From an uncultured delta proteobacterium (GTDB taxonomy: Bacteria; Desulfobacterota; BSN033; UBA1163): a stretch of 64,000 nucleotides of DNA. Where the stretch lies: assembly GCA_963708295.1 (NCBI GenBank), contig CAVPSJ010000014.1, positions 306,491 through 370,490 of the forward strand, read 5' to 3'. Each line of letters begins with the position of its first letter. Positions within the stretch are counted from its first letter, which is position 1. Shown in pieces: positions 9,812-20,159 of the stretch. Both the position numbers and the translations under genes were made by a program. A model generated the notes under the pieces. That model searched no databases, had not been told where the DNA came from, and saw nothing but the letters and a program-made list of their open reading frames with translations.

Positions 9812-11038
9812 CTACTTCTTCGCCGATTTGACTTCCTTCACGATTTTCTTAAACTCGCTCTCTTTCACCGTTCGCTTCAGGTCATTGGCCTTCAGTTTTA
9901 CCCGCCGAAGGACTTCCATGCCGTCTTCATCGGAGAGTTTGATTCCCAGCTTAGTTGACCAGAGCGCGATGTTGTCGACCCCGCTCTTCTTACCCATCAG
10001 GATCTCGGGCATGTCATGACCGATGAATTTCGGGTGTACCGGGAAAACGATGGTAGGATCTTTCTCGAAAGCATTTTTATACCAGCTTGTGACGATTCCC
10101 GACTCGACCGCGTAGGCCTTATTGCCGATAAAGGGCCGGTTTTCAGGAGATTCGATCCCTGACAGGTCACTCACGAGTCTTGAAAGTTCATTCAGTTTAC
10201 CGTAGTCGATTCCCACGTCGATTCCGTAAAACGTTAATAGCGCCAAAACCGTTTCTTCCATAGGGGCATTGCCGCATCGTTCGCCAATTCCGCCAATGGT
10301 TGTATGAAGTACTTCTGCCCCGGATAGGACCGCCATGAGGGTGTTGGCGACGCCGAGGCCGAAATCGGAGTGGAAGTGGATTTCGAGAGGCTTCTTCACA
10401 TTCTCTTTGATCTTTCGGGTAAAATAAGTTGCCGCTTGAGGGGAAAGCACACCGAAGGTGTCCACGAGGGTGAAGGCATCCATGTGCCCTTCCGTGGCTA
10501 CCCGATTCACCAATTTGAGCAACCAGTCCATGTCGGTTCGGGTGCCGTCGATCGTGAAGAAGACGGTATACAGTCCCTGCGTCTTGGCGAAAGCGGTGGC
10601 CTTGATGGAAAGGTCGATAGCCTTCTCCAACGGCCATTTGTAAGCATGTTCAACCAGATGGGCACTGGCAGGAATTTCGATCACAATCCCTTTGACACCG
10701 CAGTCCACTGCCTTTTTCACATCGTCCACCATGCAGCGGGTGAAACAGAAAATCTCCGGACCGAGATTCCGTTTCACGATCTCCTTGATCGCCGCCTCAT
10801 CCGGAGGGGAGACAGCCGGCATGCCGGCCTCGATTCGATGCACGCCTACTTCAGCCAATTTTTCGGCGATCCGCACTTTATCGTCTTTGGTGAAGATCAC
10901 TCCCGCCTGTTGTTCCCCGTCACGGAGCGTAACATCGTGGACGATCACTTTCTTCGGGGGAGTGAAATCCTTGGTCACTTCGGTCAAGTAGTTCCAAGGG
11001 CTCACAAACCAATTGTCAGTCTTCCAGGGTGTACTCAT
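9812..11038 (-). CDS. DRE-TIM metallolyase, LeuA/homocitrate/citramalate synthase-like (HMGL-like domain)
   Basis: DVTLRDGEQ, IEAGMP, HFHSDFG, GIGERCGNA, GKKSG. About 408 aa with no LeuA regulatory domain. Confidence 0.85.
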   Translation of the reverse strand: MSTPWKTDNWFVSPWNYLTEVTKDFTPPKKVIVHDVTLRDGEQQAGVIFTKDDKVRIAEKLAEVGVHRIEAGMPAVSPPDEAAIKEIVKRNLGPEIFCFTRCMVDDVKKAVDCGVKGIVIEIPASAHLVEHAYKWPLEKAIDLSIKATAFAKTQGLYTVFFTIDGTRTDMDWLLKLVNRVATEGHMDAFTLVDTFGVLSPQAATYFTRKIKENVKKPLEIHFHSDFGLGVANTLMAVLSGAEVLHTTIGGIGERCGNAPMEETVLALLTFYGIDVGIDYGKLNELSRLVSDLSGIESPENRPFIGNKAYAVESGIVTSWYKNAFEKDPTIVFPVHPKFIGHDMPEILMGKKSGVDNIALWSTKLGIKLSDEDGMEVLRRVKLKANDLKRTVKESEFKKIVKEVKSAKK

Positions 11039-11136
11039 TCTTCAAATCCTCCTTTTTTGTTTTTTGTCGAATGTTCATAATAACATAGCTTGCCTCGTCT
11101 CTGCCACGGATGGACAGCGCGAATCAACCTATAATG

Positions 11137-11329
11137 AGGTTGCTGAAAAACGCCCATCAGTCCCGGGCTTCAAGGGATTTCCCTCATCCTTCCCCGTGTC
11201 AAGTACGGGGCAGGCTTATTGCAGCACCGTAGGGGACGCATATATGCGTCCCCTACAAAGGATTTTGGATGGCCCCGGTAAACGGGATTTCGAAGACTCA
11301 ACTTGCATCTGACCATTTTTGAGCACCCT
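11137..11329. mobile_element. MITE-like element, family A, with nested REP insertions
   Basis: Ends aggttgctgaaaaa / tttttgagcaccct. Shares internal blocks with 44236-44360. Contains the perfect 28-bp palindrome gtaggggacgcatatatgcgtcccctac (11229-11256). Confidence 0.65.
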
Positions 11330-11453
11330 TAAAAAGATGACTTTTTCAAGATCCCGTTAATCAATCAATAGGTCATTTTTTGGGATTGCTTCGTCGCCCC
11401 GCCGGAGCGGGACACCTCGCAATGACAGCTTTCTCTTGGCCTTCACTATAGTT

Positions 11454-12811
11454 TTACGACGTCTTTTCTCGGGTGACGAATCTTCCCCAGCCCGGCTCTC
11501 CGATCACCTTTCCGTCGCTCATCACCACTTTACCCCGGACCATGGTTAATACGACATCCCCTGCTGTTTCCTTCCCATGATAGGGGGTCCATCCGCATTT
11601 AGAAAGGATCTGGCTGTCCTCCAGGCGCCGTTTGCGCTTCATGTCAACGAAGATCAAATCTGCGTCATTGCCCACGCGCAAAAATCCCTTCTGTTCGACC
11701 AGGCCATAGATCATGGCAGGTTTCTCACTTCGTACCTCCGCCACTCGAGAGAGTGTCCACTTTCCGGCTGCAACGCCATCCAACAAAATGGCGATCGCTG
11801 TCTCCACTCCGGGGATGCCAAACGGCGCACGCCAGATATCTTTCAGCCCGGCTTCCTTTTCTGAACGGGGATAAGGACAGTGATCGGAGTTGACCATGTC
11901 GATCAGGCCCTGGGCGAGGCATTGCTCCATCTTCTCCACTTCGTCCTTTTTGCGCGGCGGCGGAGTGAACTTGGCAAACGGTCCTTTTGACTTCAGATCC
12001 TCCTCGGTTAAGCAGAGGTACTGAGGGCACGTCTCCGTATAGACGGAGACTCCTTGAGCCCTTGCTGCGGCCTGGGCAAGAACGAGAAGAGGAAGGCTGG
12101 TGTGAGCCACTGCAACCCGGGCCCCTGTCTTCTTTGCGGCATAGATCAGGGTCCGGACCGCAGATTTCCTCTGCTTCGGGCGACCGCCACTCCGAAACGA
12201 TCAAAGGATCCTTCCGGCCCTCTCTCCGCAGCCGCTCTTCTGCCTTCTTGAGGAGGGAATCATCTTCGCAATGGAAGAGAGCGATGCCGTCGAATTTCCG
12301 GATCTCCGTTAGAATCTCCATCAGGTTGCCGATGCTGAGGGCTTCGGCCTCATGCAGCTCACACGTGAATCCCTTGAAGCCTAAAGCCCCTTCCTCCCAC
12401 AGGCCCTTCAGATTTCCAAGATTGGTCAGGCTCAAACCGCCCAACAACCCAAAATCGACGACGGAACGGGTCTTCAGGTATTCCCTCTTTTCCAAGAGCT
12501 CCTTTGCGCCGAAGACCTGGGGCTTTGTGCGGTGGTGATCGATGACCGTGGTGACTCCTCCTCTGGCGGCTGCGCTGGTTCCTGTTGATGAAATCCTCCC
12601 GGTCGGTGTAGCCCGGGTCCATCATGTGGACATGTCCGTCGATCGCTCCGGGAAGGACATAGAGACCCTTGGCATCGATCAGTTCCCGAGGGTGGTTCTC
12701 CAGGGATCGGGTGATCCCGACGATCTTTCCTTCTTTGATATAGAGAACACCCGGCCGGATAATTTTAGAATCGACCAGAAGACCATTGGTGATCGCAAGA
12801 TCCGCATTCAT
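11454..12811 (-). CDS. Cyclic amidohydrolase (allantoinase/dihydroorotase/hydantoinase family), two frameshifts
   Basis: Three ORF pieces join into one protein: PGAIDGHVH, AARGGVTTVIDH, GFKGF, ETCPQYL, SDHCPY, GNDADL. Apparent +1 bases near 12585 and 12165. Confidence 0.85.
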
Positions 12812-12946
12812 AGAACAACCTCCAGAATATCTTCCCTCATCTCGGGAGAAGCGAGGAATGTGAAATTTTATTAAAATTGCACCTAAAAAACCCCATCTTG
12901 TGGGCGAGGACGAAAGGTGCGTTTGCTGAAGGCAAAAAAACAAACC

Positions 12947-13026
12947 AGATGCTGAAACAAGTTCAGCATGACATGACGGTTTGGCTCTGTTCTTTTTGTC
13001 ATCCCGAACTTGTTTCGGGAATCTCT
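12947..13026. repeat. Intergenic inverted repeat pair
   Basis: agatgctgaaacaagttcagcatgaca ... tgtcatcccgaacttgtttcgggaatct. Confidence 0.6.
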
Positions 13027-13079
13027 ATTTTGGGTTCAAAAATTCAGGTGTTAACGTCCCGCCCTGTGGGCGGGGTTAT

Positions 13080-13928
13080 TTACTTCCTTACGTGCGACTC
13101 GAAAGAGGTCCTCACGATGGGAGGAACCTTTGGGACCTTGATCCCCAATCTTTCGAGAGCCAGCAGGCTCAACTCCTCTGGGGATGTCTCAGGAGCCATC
13201 ATTCTCGAAAGTTCGCCTACGATCCGATCGATTCGCTCGATATAGCGAATCCCTTCTTCCATTGTGGTTGAAATTTGGCTTCCGGTGATAGGCTCATGCC
13301 ATGACGATAAGAGATACTTTACCCCGGATAGCTTCTGCAATTTCTGAATGGATTTTATCGATGTTTGGGGATCTATATAGACCGGAACAGTTCCAACAGA
13401 AGGGATTGCGTCTCCTGAAAAAAGAACCCCCTCCTTCTCGAAGAGGAAGGACAGAGCGCCCTTGGCGTGTCCGGGTGTTTCAAGAACCCTGAGGTCCTTT
13501 CCCTTTTCCCAAGAGATGGTCTCTCCATCCTTCAAATCCAGATCCACAGGAACCGAGCCTTCGACGAGCTCAAAGAAGTTGAGGATGGGCCTCTCACGGT
13601 ACTGTCTCTCCACATCCTCTATCCATGGCTTCTCGGCAGAGTGAGCCCCGAAGGAGGCCGGGGAGATTTTTTTTATGGCCAGACATCCACCGATATGATC
13701 CGGGTGAGCGTGGGTTAGGAGGACCAGAGAAATTTCATCCGGAGATCGGCCTATTTCTTTCAAGTAACCCTGGAGAAGGAGGCTTGTCGAAGAAACCCCG
13801 GTATCGATGAGGCAGATCTTATCTCCTATCAGGAGGTAGGAATAAACCGATCGGTCCGCATATTGGCCTTCACCAAGAGCCAATCGAAAAGGATGTTTAA
13901 ATGCATGGATCGTTTCCGTAATCCTCAT
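13080..13928 (-). CDS. MBL-fold metallo-hydrolase
   Basis: LIDTG, THAHPDHIGG, TPGH, FSGD. ATGA overlap with the upstream gene. Confidence 0.92.
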   Translation of the reverse strand: MRITETIHAFKHPFRLALGEGQYADRSVYSYLLIGDKICLIDTGVSSTSLLLQGYLKEIGRSPDEISLVLLTHAHPDHIGGCLAIKKISPASFGAHSAEKPWIEDVERQYRERPILNFFELVEGSVPVDLDLKDGETISWEKGKDLRVLETPGHAKGALSFLFEKEGVLFSGDAIPSVGTVPVYIDPQTSIKSIQKLQKLSGVKYLLSSWHEPITGSQISTTMEEGIRYIERIDRIVGELSRMMAPETSPEELSLLALERLGIKVPKVPPIVRTSFESHVRK

Positions 13929-15187
13929 TCTCGGTCCTTCTTCTTGCTGAGCATTGCCTCCAGCTCGCGAACGGCCCTCTCTGCAAAGTCTGGCTCGTTG
14001 ACGTGCATGGAGAGTTCATGATAGCGAATTCTTGAGTAGTCAATATTTTCTTTGAGGGCCTGATAGAATGCCTGGTCAGACTCCGGCCAGAACCATGACC
14101 TGGGTGCCGGGCCTCCTTGAAGGTTAATCGCCTTCGGCCCGCGGGGGCTGTCATAGGCAGAAAAGCCCCGGGCAGGAATGAGAACGACGGTCTGGCCCCT
14201 GGCCTGATTGATCTTTTTTGCGAAGAGCCGTCCGAGAGAAGCGCTTTCTTCCGGATTGGTCCGCATCAGGGTGATATGAGGTGTATGGCGATAAAAGACC
14301 CGATCCTTCCATTTTTGAGGAACCGTCTCAGGGGTTTTGAAATTGATGAGGTCGATCGCGCCCGGAACGATCACCTGAGGGATGCCCACGTTTCCGGCAG
14401 CCTCCATCCGATGGGGGCCTGCACTCAGGACGCCTCCGACGACTTCGTCGGCGAGTTCCGTGGTGGAGATGTCGAGAACGGCATCGATCTCTCCCTGTTT
14501 TACCAGATCCTCCAGGGCCATGCCGCCGGTGCCTGAGGTGTGGAAGAGGATCACCTCAAATCCCTTTTCCTCCAGGAGTTCCTTCGCGTGCTCCGCGCAA
14601 GGCTGGACGACTCCGAAGACTGTCACCGCCACCTGGATTCTTCTCTCCCCCTCATGAAGATTTTCCCCTTTCAACATTCCCGCGATCGCTCGAACGGCGT
14701 TTAGAAAAATCCTCTTCGTCACCCGGTTGATCGAGATATCCCCCACGGGGTTAAACATCACAATGTCTTTGTATCCGACATAGCCCCGCACATCTCCTGA
14801 AGCCATGGTAGACACCATGATCTTGGGCATCCCAATCGGGAATTGCTGCATGACGGCGCAGGCGATCGCACTCCCGTTCGACCCTCCGAGGGCCATGATG
14901 CCGTCAAACTTGCCCTGTCGGAAAAGCTCCTCAGAAAGTTTGATCGCGCCATCGGTCATCACCTTCTGGGCAGGCACCCGCTCCAGTTGACTGACCGAGG
15001 CGAAATCCGCGTTTGCGGCTTGAGCCACTTCGTGGCATGGGATATCCGAGGAAAATTCTGAGGGAGACCGCTTACAGCTTACATCCATGAGAAGAGGGTG
15101 GACCCCCTCCTCCTCAAGTTTCTCCCGGAGATACTGATATTCTTTCCCCTTCGTATCGAAGGTTCCTATGAGAAGTACCGTCTTCAT
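13925..15187 (-). CDS. Tm-1-like ATP-binding domain protein (UPF0261)
   Basis: IGTFDTKG, GGSNGS, PKIMVST, FHTSGTGG, DISTTE, AGPHRM, TLMRT, HVNEPDFA. Confidence 0.88.
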   Translation of the reverse strand: MKTVLLIGTFDTKGKEYQYLREKLEEEGVHPLLMDVSCKRSPSEFSSDIPCHEVAQAANADFASVSQLERVPAQKVMTDGAIKLSEELFRQGKFDGIMALGGSNGSAIACAVMQQFPIGMPKIMVSTMASGDVRGYVGYKDIVMFNPVGDISINRVTKRIFLNAVRAIAGMLKGENLHEGERRIQVAVTVFGVVQPCAEHAKELLEEKGFEVILFHTSGTGGMALEDLVKQGEIDAVLDISTTELADEVVGGVLSAGPHRMEAAGNVGIPQVIVPGAIDLINFKTPETVPQKWKDRVFYRHTPHITLMRTNPEESASLGRLFAKKINQARGQTVVLIPARGFSAYDSPRGPKAINLQGGPAPRSWFWPESDQAFYQALKENIDYSRIRYHELSMHVNEPDFAERAVRELEAMLSKKKDRE

Positions 15188-15221
15188 CGCGGCATTCGAT
15201 AAAATGGAAGGTAGGGTAGGT

Positions 15222-15917
15222 TCACACTCCTAAATAATGTTCTTTGGTCTTACGATCTTCCCAGAGTTCTTTGGGCGTTGAAGAGTGGACAATTTTCCCC
15301 TTGCTCATCACGTGGGTATAGTCTGCGAATTTGATGGCAAAGGAGAGGTTCTGTTCAACAAGAAAGATGGACAACCCTTCCTCTTTGAGCCGTCGGATGG
15401 CGTCCCCGACTTCTCGGACCAGAACCGGCGCCAATCCCTCTGTAGGTTCATCCATGAGTAGAAAGACGGGGTTGGATATCAATGCCCTGGCGATGGCCAA
15501 CATCTGTTGTTCCCCGCCGCTCAGTTCGTTCCCCCGGTGGTGCCCCCTTTCCTTGAGACGGGGAAAAAGAGCGAAGACCTTCTCGAAATTCCATGCCTGG
15601 CTGCCAGCACCCCGTGAGGCAATCGCCAGGTTTTCTTTCACCGTCAATGACGGGAAGATCCGCCGGCCTTGAGGAACGAGGCCTATCTGCATGCGGACGA
15701 TCTTGTAAGCAGCCACGTGAGCGATGTCCTTCCCATTGAACAGGATTTGACCTCGCCGGGGCGGGGTGAATCCGACGATGGATCGAATCAGGGTTGTCTT
15801 CCCCACTCCATTTCGCCCCAGTAGGGCGACAACCGTTTCTTTCCCGACCTCCAGACTAACCCCCTGGAGGACATAACTATCGCCGTAATAAGTATGAATA
15901 TCCACAATCTTGAGCAT
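15222..15917 (-). CDS. livF: Branched-chain-type ABC transporter ATPase (LivF-like)
   Basis: GRNGVGKT, LSGGEQQM, DEPTEGL, VEQN. Start taken at MLKIVD. Confidence 0.9.
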   Translation of the reverse strand: MLKIVDIHTYYGDSYVLQGVSLEVGKETVVALLGRNGVGKTTLIRSIVGFTPPRRGQILFNGKDIAHVAAYKIVRMQIGLVPQGRRIFPSLTVKENLAIASRGAGSQAWNFEKVFALFPRLKERGHHRGNELSGGEQQMLAIARALISNPVFLLMDEPTEGLAPVLVREVGDAIRRLKEEGLSIFLVEQNLSFAIKFADYTHVMSKGKIVHSSTPKELWEDRKTKEHYLGV

Positions 15918-15921
15918 AAAA

Positions 15922-16740
15922 CTACTCCGAGCCCAAATAGATCTCCTGCACGGTCGGATTATTCTTGATCGCTTCCTTTGTGCCTTCGGCAAGAAATTTT
16001 CCCTGGTAGAGGACGGTGATCCGTTCGGCGAACTCGAAGGCCACGTCCATATCGTGTTCGATCAGCAGGATCGTAATGGACGGATCGAGTTTCTTGAGCA
16101 AGAGGGTTAAGGCATGGGTTTCAGCGGAGGAGAGCCCGGCCGCGGGTTCGTCCAGGAGGAGAAGGCGAGGCTTTTCGGCAAGAGCCAGAGACACTTCGAT
16201 CTGTCTTTGATCTCCGTGAGAAAGGTTCTTGACCAATTCGTTTCGCTTCTCCCATAAATCAAACTCTTTCAAAAGGTCGTTGCACCGATCCATGAGGCGA
16301 TGATAGGAAGAAAGCGGTCGGAACATCACAAATTTCGTCCGAACCAGAGCCTGGCAGGCCATGAGAATATTGTCCAATACGGTTAGGTTCGGAAAGAGAT
16401 TGGTGACCTGATAGGTTCTTGCGATTCCCAGAGCTGCACGACGGTAGGAAGGTAACCTGGTAACATCCTTCTCAAAATAGAGGATCCGTCCCCCACTTGA
16501 AGGATAGACACCGCTGATAAGATTAAAGAGGGTCGTTTTCCCGGCGCCATTCGGCCCCATCAGGACTCGCCTCTCTCCCGGTTCAATCCTCAAATTGACT
16601 CCGTCCACAGCTCGAAGGCCGCCGAAGTCCTTTGTGAGATCCTCAACGAGCAGGCAGGGAGTCCCGTCCTTCGCAGATAGAACACACTCCCTTCCGTTTT
16701 CTGTCTGAACGACTGCCATGAATTTTGACTCTTCGTCCAT
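15922..16740 (-). CDS. livG: Branched-chain-type ABC transporter ATPase (LivG-like)
   Basis: GPNGAGKT, LSHGDQRQ, LLDEPAAGL, IEHDMD. Confidence 0.9.
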   Translation of the reverse strand: MDEESKFMAVVQTENGRECVLSAKDGTPCLLVEDLTKDFGGLRAVDGVNLRIEPGERRVLMGPNGAGKTTLFNLISGVYPSSGGRILYFEKDVTRLPSYRRAALGIARTYQVTNLFPNLTVLDNILMACQALVRTKFVMFRPLSSYHRLMDRCNDLLKEFDLWEKRNELVKNLSHGDQRQIEVSLALAEKPRLLLLDEPAAGLSSAETHALTLLLKKLDPSITILLIEHDMDVAFEFAERITVLYQGKFLAEGTKEAIKNNPTVQEIYLGSE

Positions 16741-16849
16741 TTCTCGGTTATTCCACGTTGAAGGCCTGTCTACTCCTCCGACATTTCTCAGAGAGAATGG
16801 AGGGCTTTACTTTCTCCTATCTTTGGGAGTGATGACTCTACCTAACCAT

Positions 16850-16945
16850 TCCCCCTCCCTTGGCGGGAGGGGATGAAGGGGAGGGGGCTGAGATTTCTTA
16901 TGTCCGCCCTCACCCTGCTAACCCTCCCCCGTCAAGGGGGAGGGT
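16850..16945. repeat. REP-like paired hairpins
   Basis: cccctcccttggcgggagggg ... ccctcccccgtcaagggggaggg, similar to 9730-9790 and 28168-28192. Confidence 0.65.
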
Positions 16946-16973
16946 GCATTGAGTGAATTCCAAATATCTTTGG

Positions 16974-18218
16974 TTACGGTTTCAGCGGAGGATATTCACG
17001 CGAATAGACAGGCTGCTTCAAAAACTCCTCGGGTTTGTACTTCCAGAACTGCGAAACGTTGGGATAAGTATAGATTACCTTGTTCTGAAGCTCTCCTCCT
17101 ACCCTTTCCACCTTTCGGATGTACACGCTTTGAATCGGATTCCCATAAGCGTCCAATTTAAATGCCCCACGAGGAACATCCTTGAGCTCTACCTTTCTCA
17201 GAGCCTCCATGAACTTGGGCCTATTCTCGACATCGCCATTAACGGCCTTGATCGCTTCCACAATCCATTTGGCTCCCGTATAGGTTCCCTCCGAATAGTA
17301 GGAAGCAGCCTTCTTGGCCTTTTCGCGGTAAGCCTTCACGAATTTTTTGTTGGCCGGATTATCCAAAGCCTCGCTGTAATGCAGGGCGGTGATAACACCG
17401 ATCGCTTCATCCCCCATCTGAGGAAGGGCATGCTCGTCGGTGGTCGTCCCTCCTCCAATCAATGGGATTTTTCCCTTCAGGCCAAATTCCTGATATTGCT
17501 TAACGAGCTGGAGTGTTGTGCGACCCGTAAACATAGCATAAACCCCATCCGCCTCCTTTGAAATCTGCGACAGGTAGGGGCTGAAGTCCTGAACCGTCAA
17601 AGGAGTCCAGATCTTCTGAACAATCTTCCCTCCTGCTTCTTCAAAGGTCTTCTGGAACCCCCCCACATTCTCCCATCCGAAGGCATAGTCAAGGGCTATC
17701 ACTGCGATCTTCCTGAACTTGAGGGTATTATAGACATACTCCCCGAAGGGGTGGTTTGGCTGGCTGCTGTTCCATCCCGTGCGGACAATCCATTTGGCTC
17801 GCTGCCGCTGGGTCAAATCATCCGGAGCCATGATCGGATAGGTCATCGGAATCTCCTTGGAGTCAATGTAGGGCATGAGGGCATAACCGGTGGAAGCCAT
17901 CAACCCCCCAGACATGACATGGACCCCATCCTTCTCAACCAATTTTCTCGTCTTCGTGAGGCCCGTCGCCGGAACAGCCTCATCGTCCTCAACGATGAGC
18001 TCAATCTTGCGGCCCGCTGCCTGGTATCCGATCTCTTCAAGGGCGAGTTCGATCCCCGCCAGCATGTCCTTTCCATTGGCTGCCATCCCGCCGGAAAGAG
18101 GCGAGATGAAGCCAATCTTGATCGGGCCTTTGGCCTGTGCCCACGAGGTGACGGGGTTAAATGCGATTAAACTAACTATAGCCACAACACAAAATACCAA
18201 AACGAAAACCTTTTTCAT
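16974..18218 (-). CDS. ABC substrate-binding protein (PBP1, Liv/aromatic-acid type), paralog 2
   Basis: Signal peptide, PIKIGFISPLSG, DYAFGWE, QDFSPYLSQ. Long identical stretches shared with 21130-22374. Confidence 0.92.
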   Translation of the reverse strand: MKKVFVLVFCVVAIVSLIAFNPVTSWAQAKGPIKIGFISPLSGGMAANGKDMLAGIELALEEIGYQAAGRKIELIVEDDEAVPATGLTKTRKLVEKDGVHVMSGGLMASTGYALMPYIDSKEIPMTYPIMAPDDLTQRQRAKWIVRTGWNSSQPNHPFGEYVYNTLKFRKIAVIALDYAFGWENVGGFQKTFEEAGGKIVQKIWTPLTVQDFSPYLSQISKEADGVYAMFTGRTTLQLVKQYQEFGLKGKIPLIGGGTTTDEHALPQMGDEAIGVITALHYSEALDNPANKKFVKAYREKAKKAASYYSEGTYTGAKWIVEAIKAVNGDVENRPKFMEALRKVELKDVPRGAFKLDAYGNPIQSVYIRKVERVGGELQNKVIYTYPNVSQFWKYKPEEFLKQPVYSREYPPLKP

Positions 18219-18270
18219 AAATTCCTCCCTTCTTTTTGATCAGATGATATTACGTAAAAAGTAGCTTCCA

Positions 18271-18314
18271 AATCCCCCCATCCCCCCTTTGCTAAAGGGG
18301 GGTAAAGGGGGATT
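18271..18314. repeat. REP-like intergenic palindrome
   Basis: aatccccccatcccccctttgctaaaggggggtaaagggggatt. Confidence 0.65.
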
Positions 18315-19170
18315 ACCGTTTTTTTTCGGGAAGCTGAATGTTTTTGAAGCCCCTGACCGCTTCGGTAATCGATTTCTCAACAGGAATTCGTTCGGCCGTT
18401 GATCCTCCCACGTACCCGTCTAGCCCCTTCACCTTAGATAAGAGATAGTTTATGTCCTGAGGGGTCTCCGCTGCCCCTCCGTGGCAGGTTACAATCGTCT
18501 CGGGTTTTTTCTTCTTCACTCTGTCGATGATCGCCTGGATGAGGTTTGACATGTCATCCAGGGAGGTCACGGTCTTGGATCCGATAGAGCCTCCGCTGGT
18601 GTTTCCCCCGTGAGCAATGATGTTATCGCATCCCGCTTCCAGCATTTTCTGCGCTTCTTCCGGCGTGGTGCAAAAGGCCTTTGTATAGAGCCCTTTTCGA
18701 TGGGCGATTCCGATCATTTCGACCTCTTTATGATACGTCACCCCTGTTTCCTCCAGGGTCCTTCGGAAATTCCCGTCGATCAACGCCAGGGTCGGACAAT
18801 TCAGGATTCCTGAAAAGCCGGCGGCGATGATCTCATCCAAGAAGGCGTCCATGTTTCGCGTGGGATCGGCCCCCAGAAGGCCCGCCAAGACCGGGGTATT
18901 CTTAATCACGGGGATGATGTCCCTTTTTCCCAGCTCGAGCGTGACGGCATTGGCATCTGCAATCGACAAATAACCTGCCATGGAAGAGAGACCTGCCATC
19001 CGGAACCTTGCCAGGATGTGGGTGGTAATCATATCGGCACCGCCTGCCTCGGCAAATTTGGCAGAGATTCCCGTGCCGGCAAAGGCATCGAAAAGGGCGT
19101 GGCCCTTCTCAACCTCGGCCTTGAATCTGTCGATGATCTCCTGTCTCGTAAACTTCTTTACCATATCCAT
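18313..19170 (-). CDS. Phosphoenolpyruvate-hydrolase-like TIM-barrel protein (homolog of the Tm-1 C-terminal domain)
   Basis: AGTGISAKFAEAGGAD, RFRMAG, DANA, GFSGI-N-PT, LEETG, HGG, GGSTAERIP. Confidence 0.87.
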   Translation of the reverse strand: MDMVKKFTRQEIIDRFKAEVEKGHALFDAFAGTGISAKFAEAGGADMITTHILARFRMAGLSSMAGYLSIADANAVTLELGKRDIIPVIKNTPVLAGLLGADPTRNMDAFLDEIIAAGFSGILNCPTLALIDGNFRRTLEETGVTYHKEVEMIGIAHRKGLYTKAFCTTPEEAQKMLEAGCDNIIAHGGNTSGGSIGSKTVTSLDDMSNLIQAIIDRVKKKKPETIVTCHGGAAETPQDINYLLSKVKGLDGYVGGSTAERIPVEKSITEAVRGFKNIQLPEKKR

Positions 19171-19177
19171 TCCTTTC

Positions 19178-20155
19178 TCAGCCTGTCTCTTCCGCCTGGG
19201 GTCTCTTCCGGCCCCCTTTGAGCCAATCTTTGAGAAGGTTCATGAGTCCCTGAGGGGCATAGAGGATGGTGAGGATATAGATCGTTCCCAGGATGAGAAG
19301 CCAGCGCTGCGTATAGGCACTGATAAAGTTCTTGAGGAAAACAATGATACCCGCACCCAGGGCCGGCCCGATCAGGGTTCCCGGGCCACCCAGGATGACC
19401 ATCAGGATAATTTCGATCGATGCGGTCAGATCCATGTTGTAGGGACTGATGAAACCATCGAAATAAGCCCAGAGGGCTCCTGCAACGCCTCCGAAGGCCG
19501 ATGCAGAAACATAGCTCAAGTACTTATGGAGCCAGGTATGATAACCCAGAACGCGCATGCGGGATTCACTCTCCCGAACCCCCTTGAGGCTGTGACCGAA
19601 AGGAGACCGGACGTAAATCGCCATCAGGAAGAGGCAGACCAGAAAGAAAACGAGAATGAAATAATAGAATGTGAGAGGGTCCTTCAAGGAGATCGGCAAG
19701 CCCAGATCCGGCCTGGGAATTCCGGAGATGCCGTTGTCACCGCCGGTCATATTGACCCAGCGGAAGGCAAGGCCCCAGAGGGTCATCCCCAGCGCCAGCG
19801 TGATAATCAAAAAATAGACGCCCGTCGCATGGGCCACGAGGAATCCGAAGATCATACTGATCACTGTTGCCACGACTACCCCGCTGACAAAGCAGGTTAG
19901 AAACCCCATCTTATACCGGGTTGCAAGAACAGCAACCACATACGCCGAAGATCCAAAAAAGCCTGCATGACCGAAGGAGGACAGCCCCGTGTATCCTATC
20001 AGGATGTCCAGACTCATGGCCAGGATGCCATAGATGAGCATCTGAGTGAAGAGTGTGATCCAATAAGAGGTATAAAACGGCGGCATGACCACCAGGATGA
20101 AAAAAGCAAGGATGAGACCGATGATTTTGGTTTTTGAGGCCAGAGAATCTTTCAT
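19178..20155 (-). CDS. livM: Branched-chain-type ABC permease (LivM-like)
   Basis: GYTGLSSFGHAGF, TGGDNGI, SPFG, VILGGPGTLIGP. Start taken at MKDSL. Confidence 0.9.
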   Translation of the reverse strand: MKDSLASKTKIIGLILAFFILVVMPPFYTSYWITLFTQMLIYGILAMSLDILIGYTGLSSFGHAGFFGSSAYVVAVLATRYKMGFLTCFVSGVVVATVISMIFGFLVAHATGVYFLIITLALGMTLWGLAFRWVNMTGGDNGISGIPRPDLGLPISLKDPLTFYYFILVFFLVCLFLMAIYVRSPFGHSLKGVRESESRMRVLGYHTWLHKYLSYVSASAFGGVAGALWAYFDGFISPYNMDLTASIEIILMVILGGPGTLIGPALGAGIIVFLKNFISAYTQRWLLILGTIYILTILYAPQGLMNLLKDWLKGGRKRPQAEETG

Positions 20156-20159
20156 CTTT

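Noticed and set aside
11454-12811. Programmed ribosomal frameshifting in the amidohydrolase and other split genes
   Set aside because: No slippery heptamer or stimulatory structure was seen, and there are multiple breaks per gene across unrelated families.
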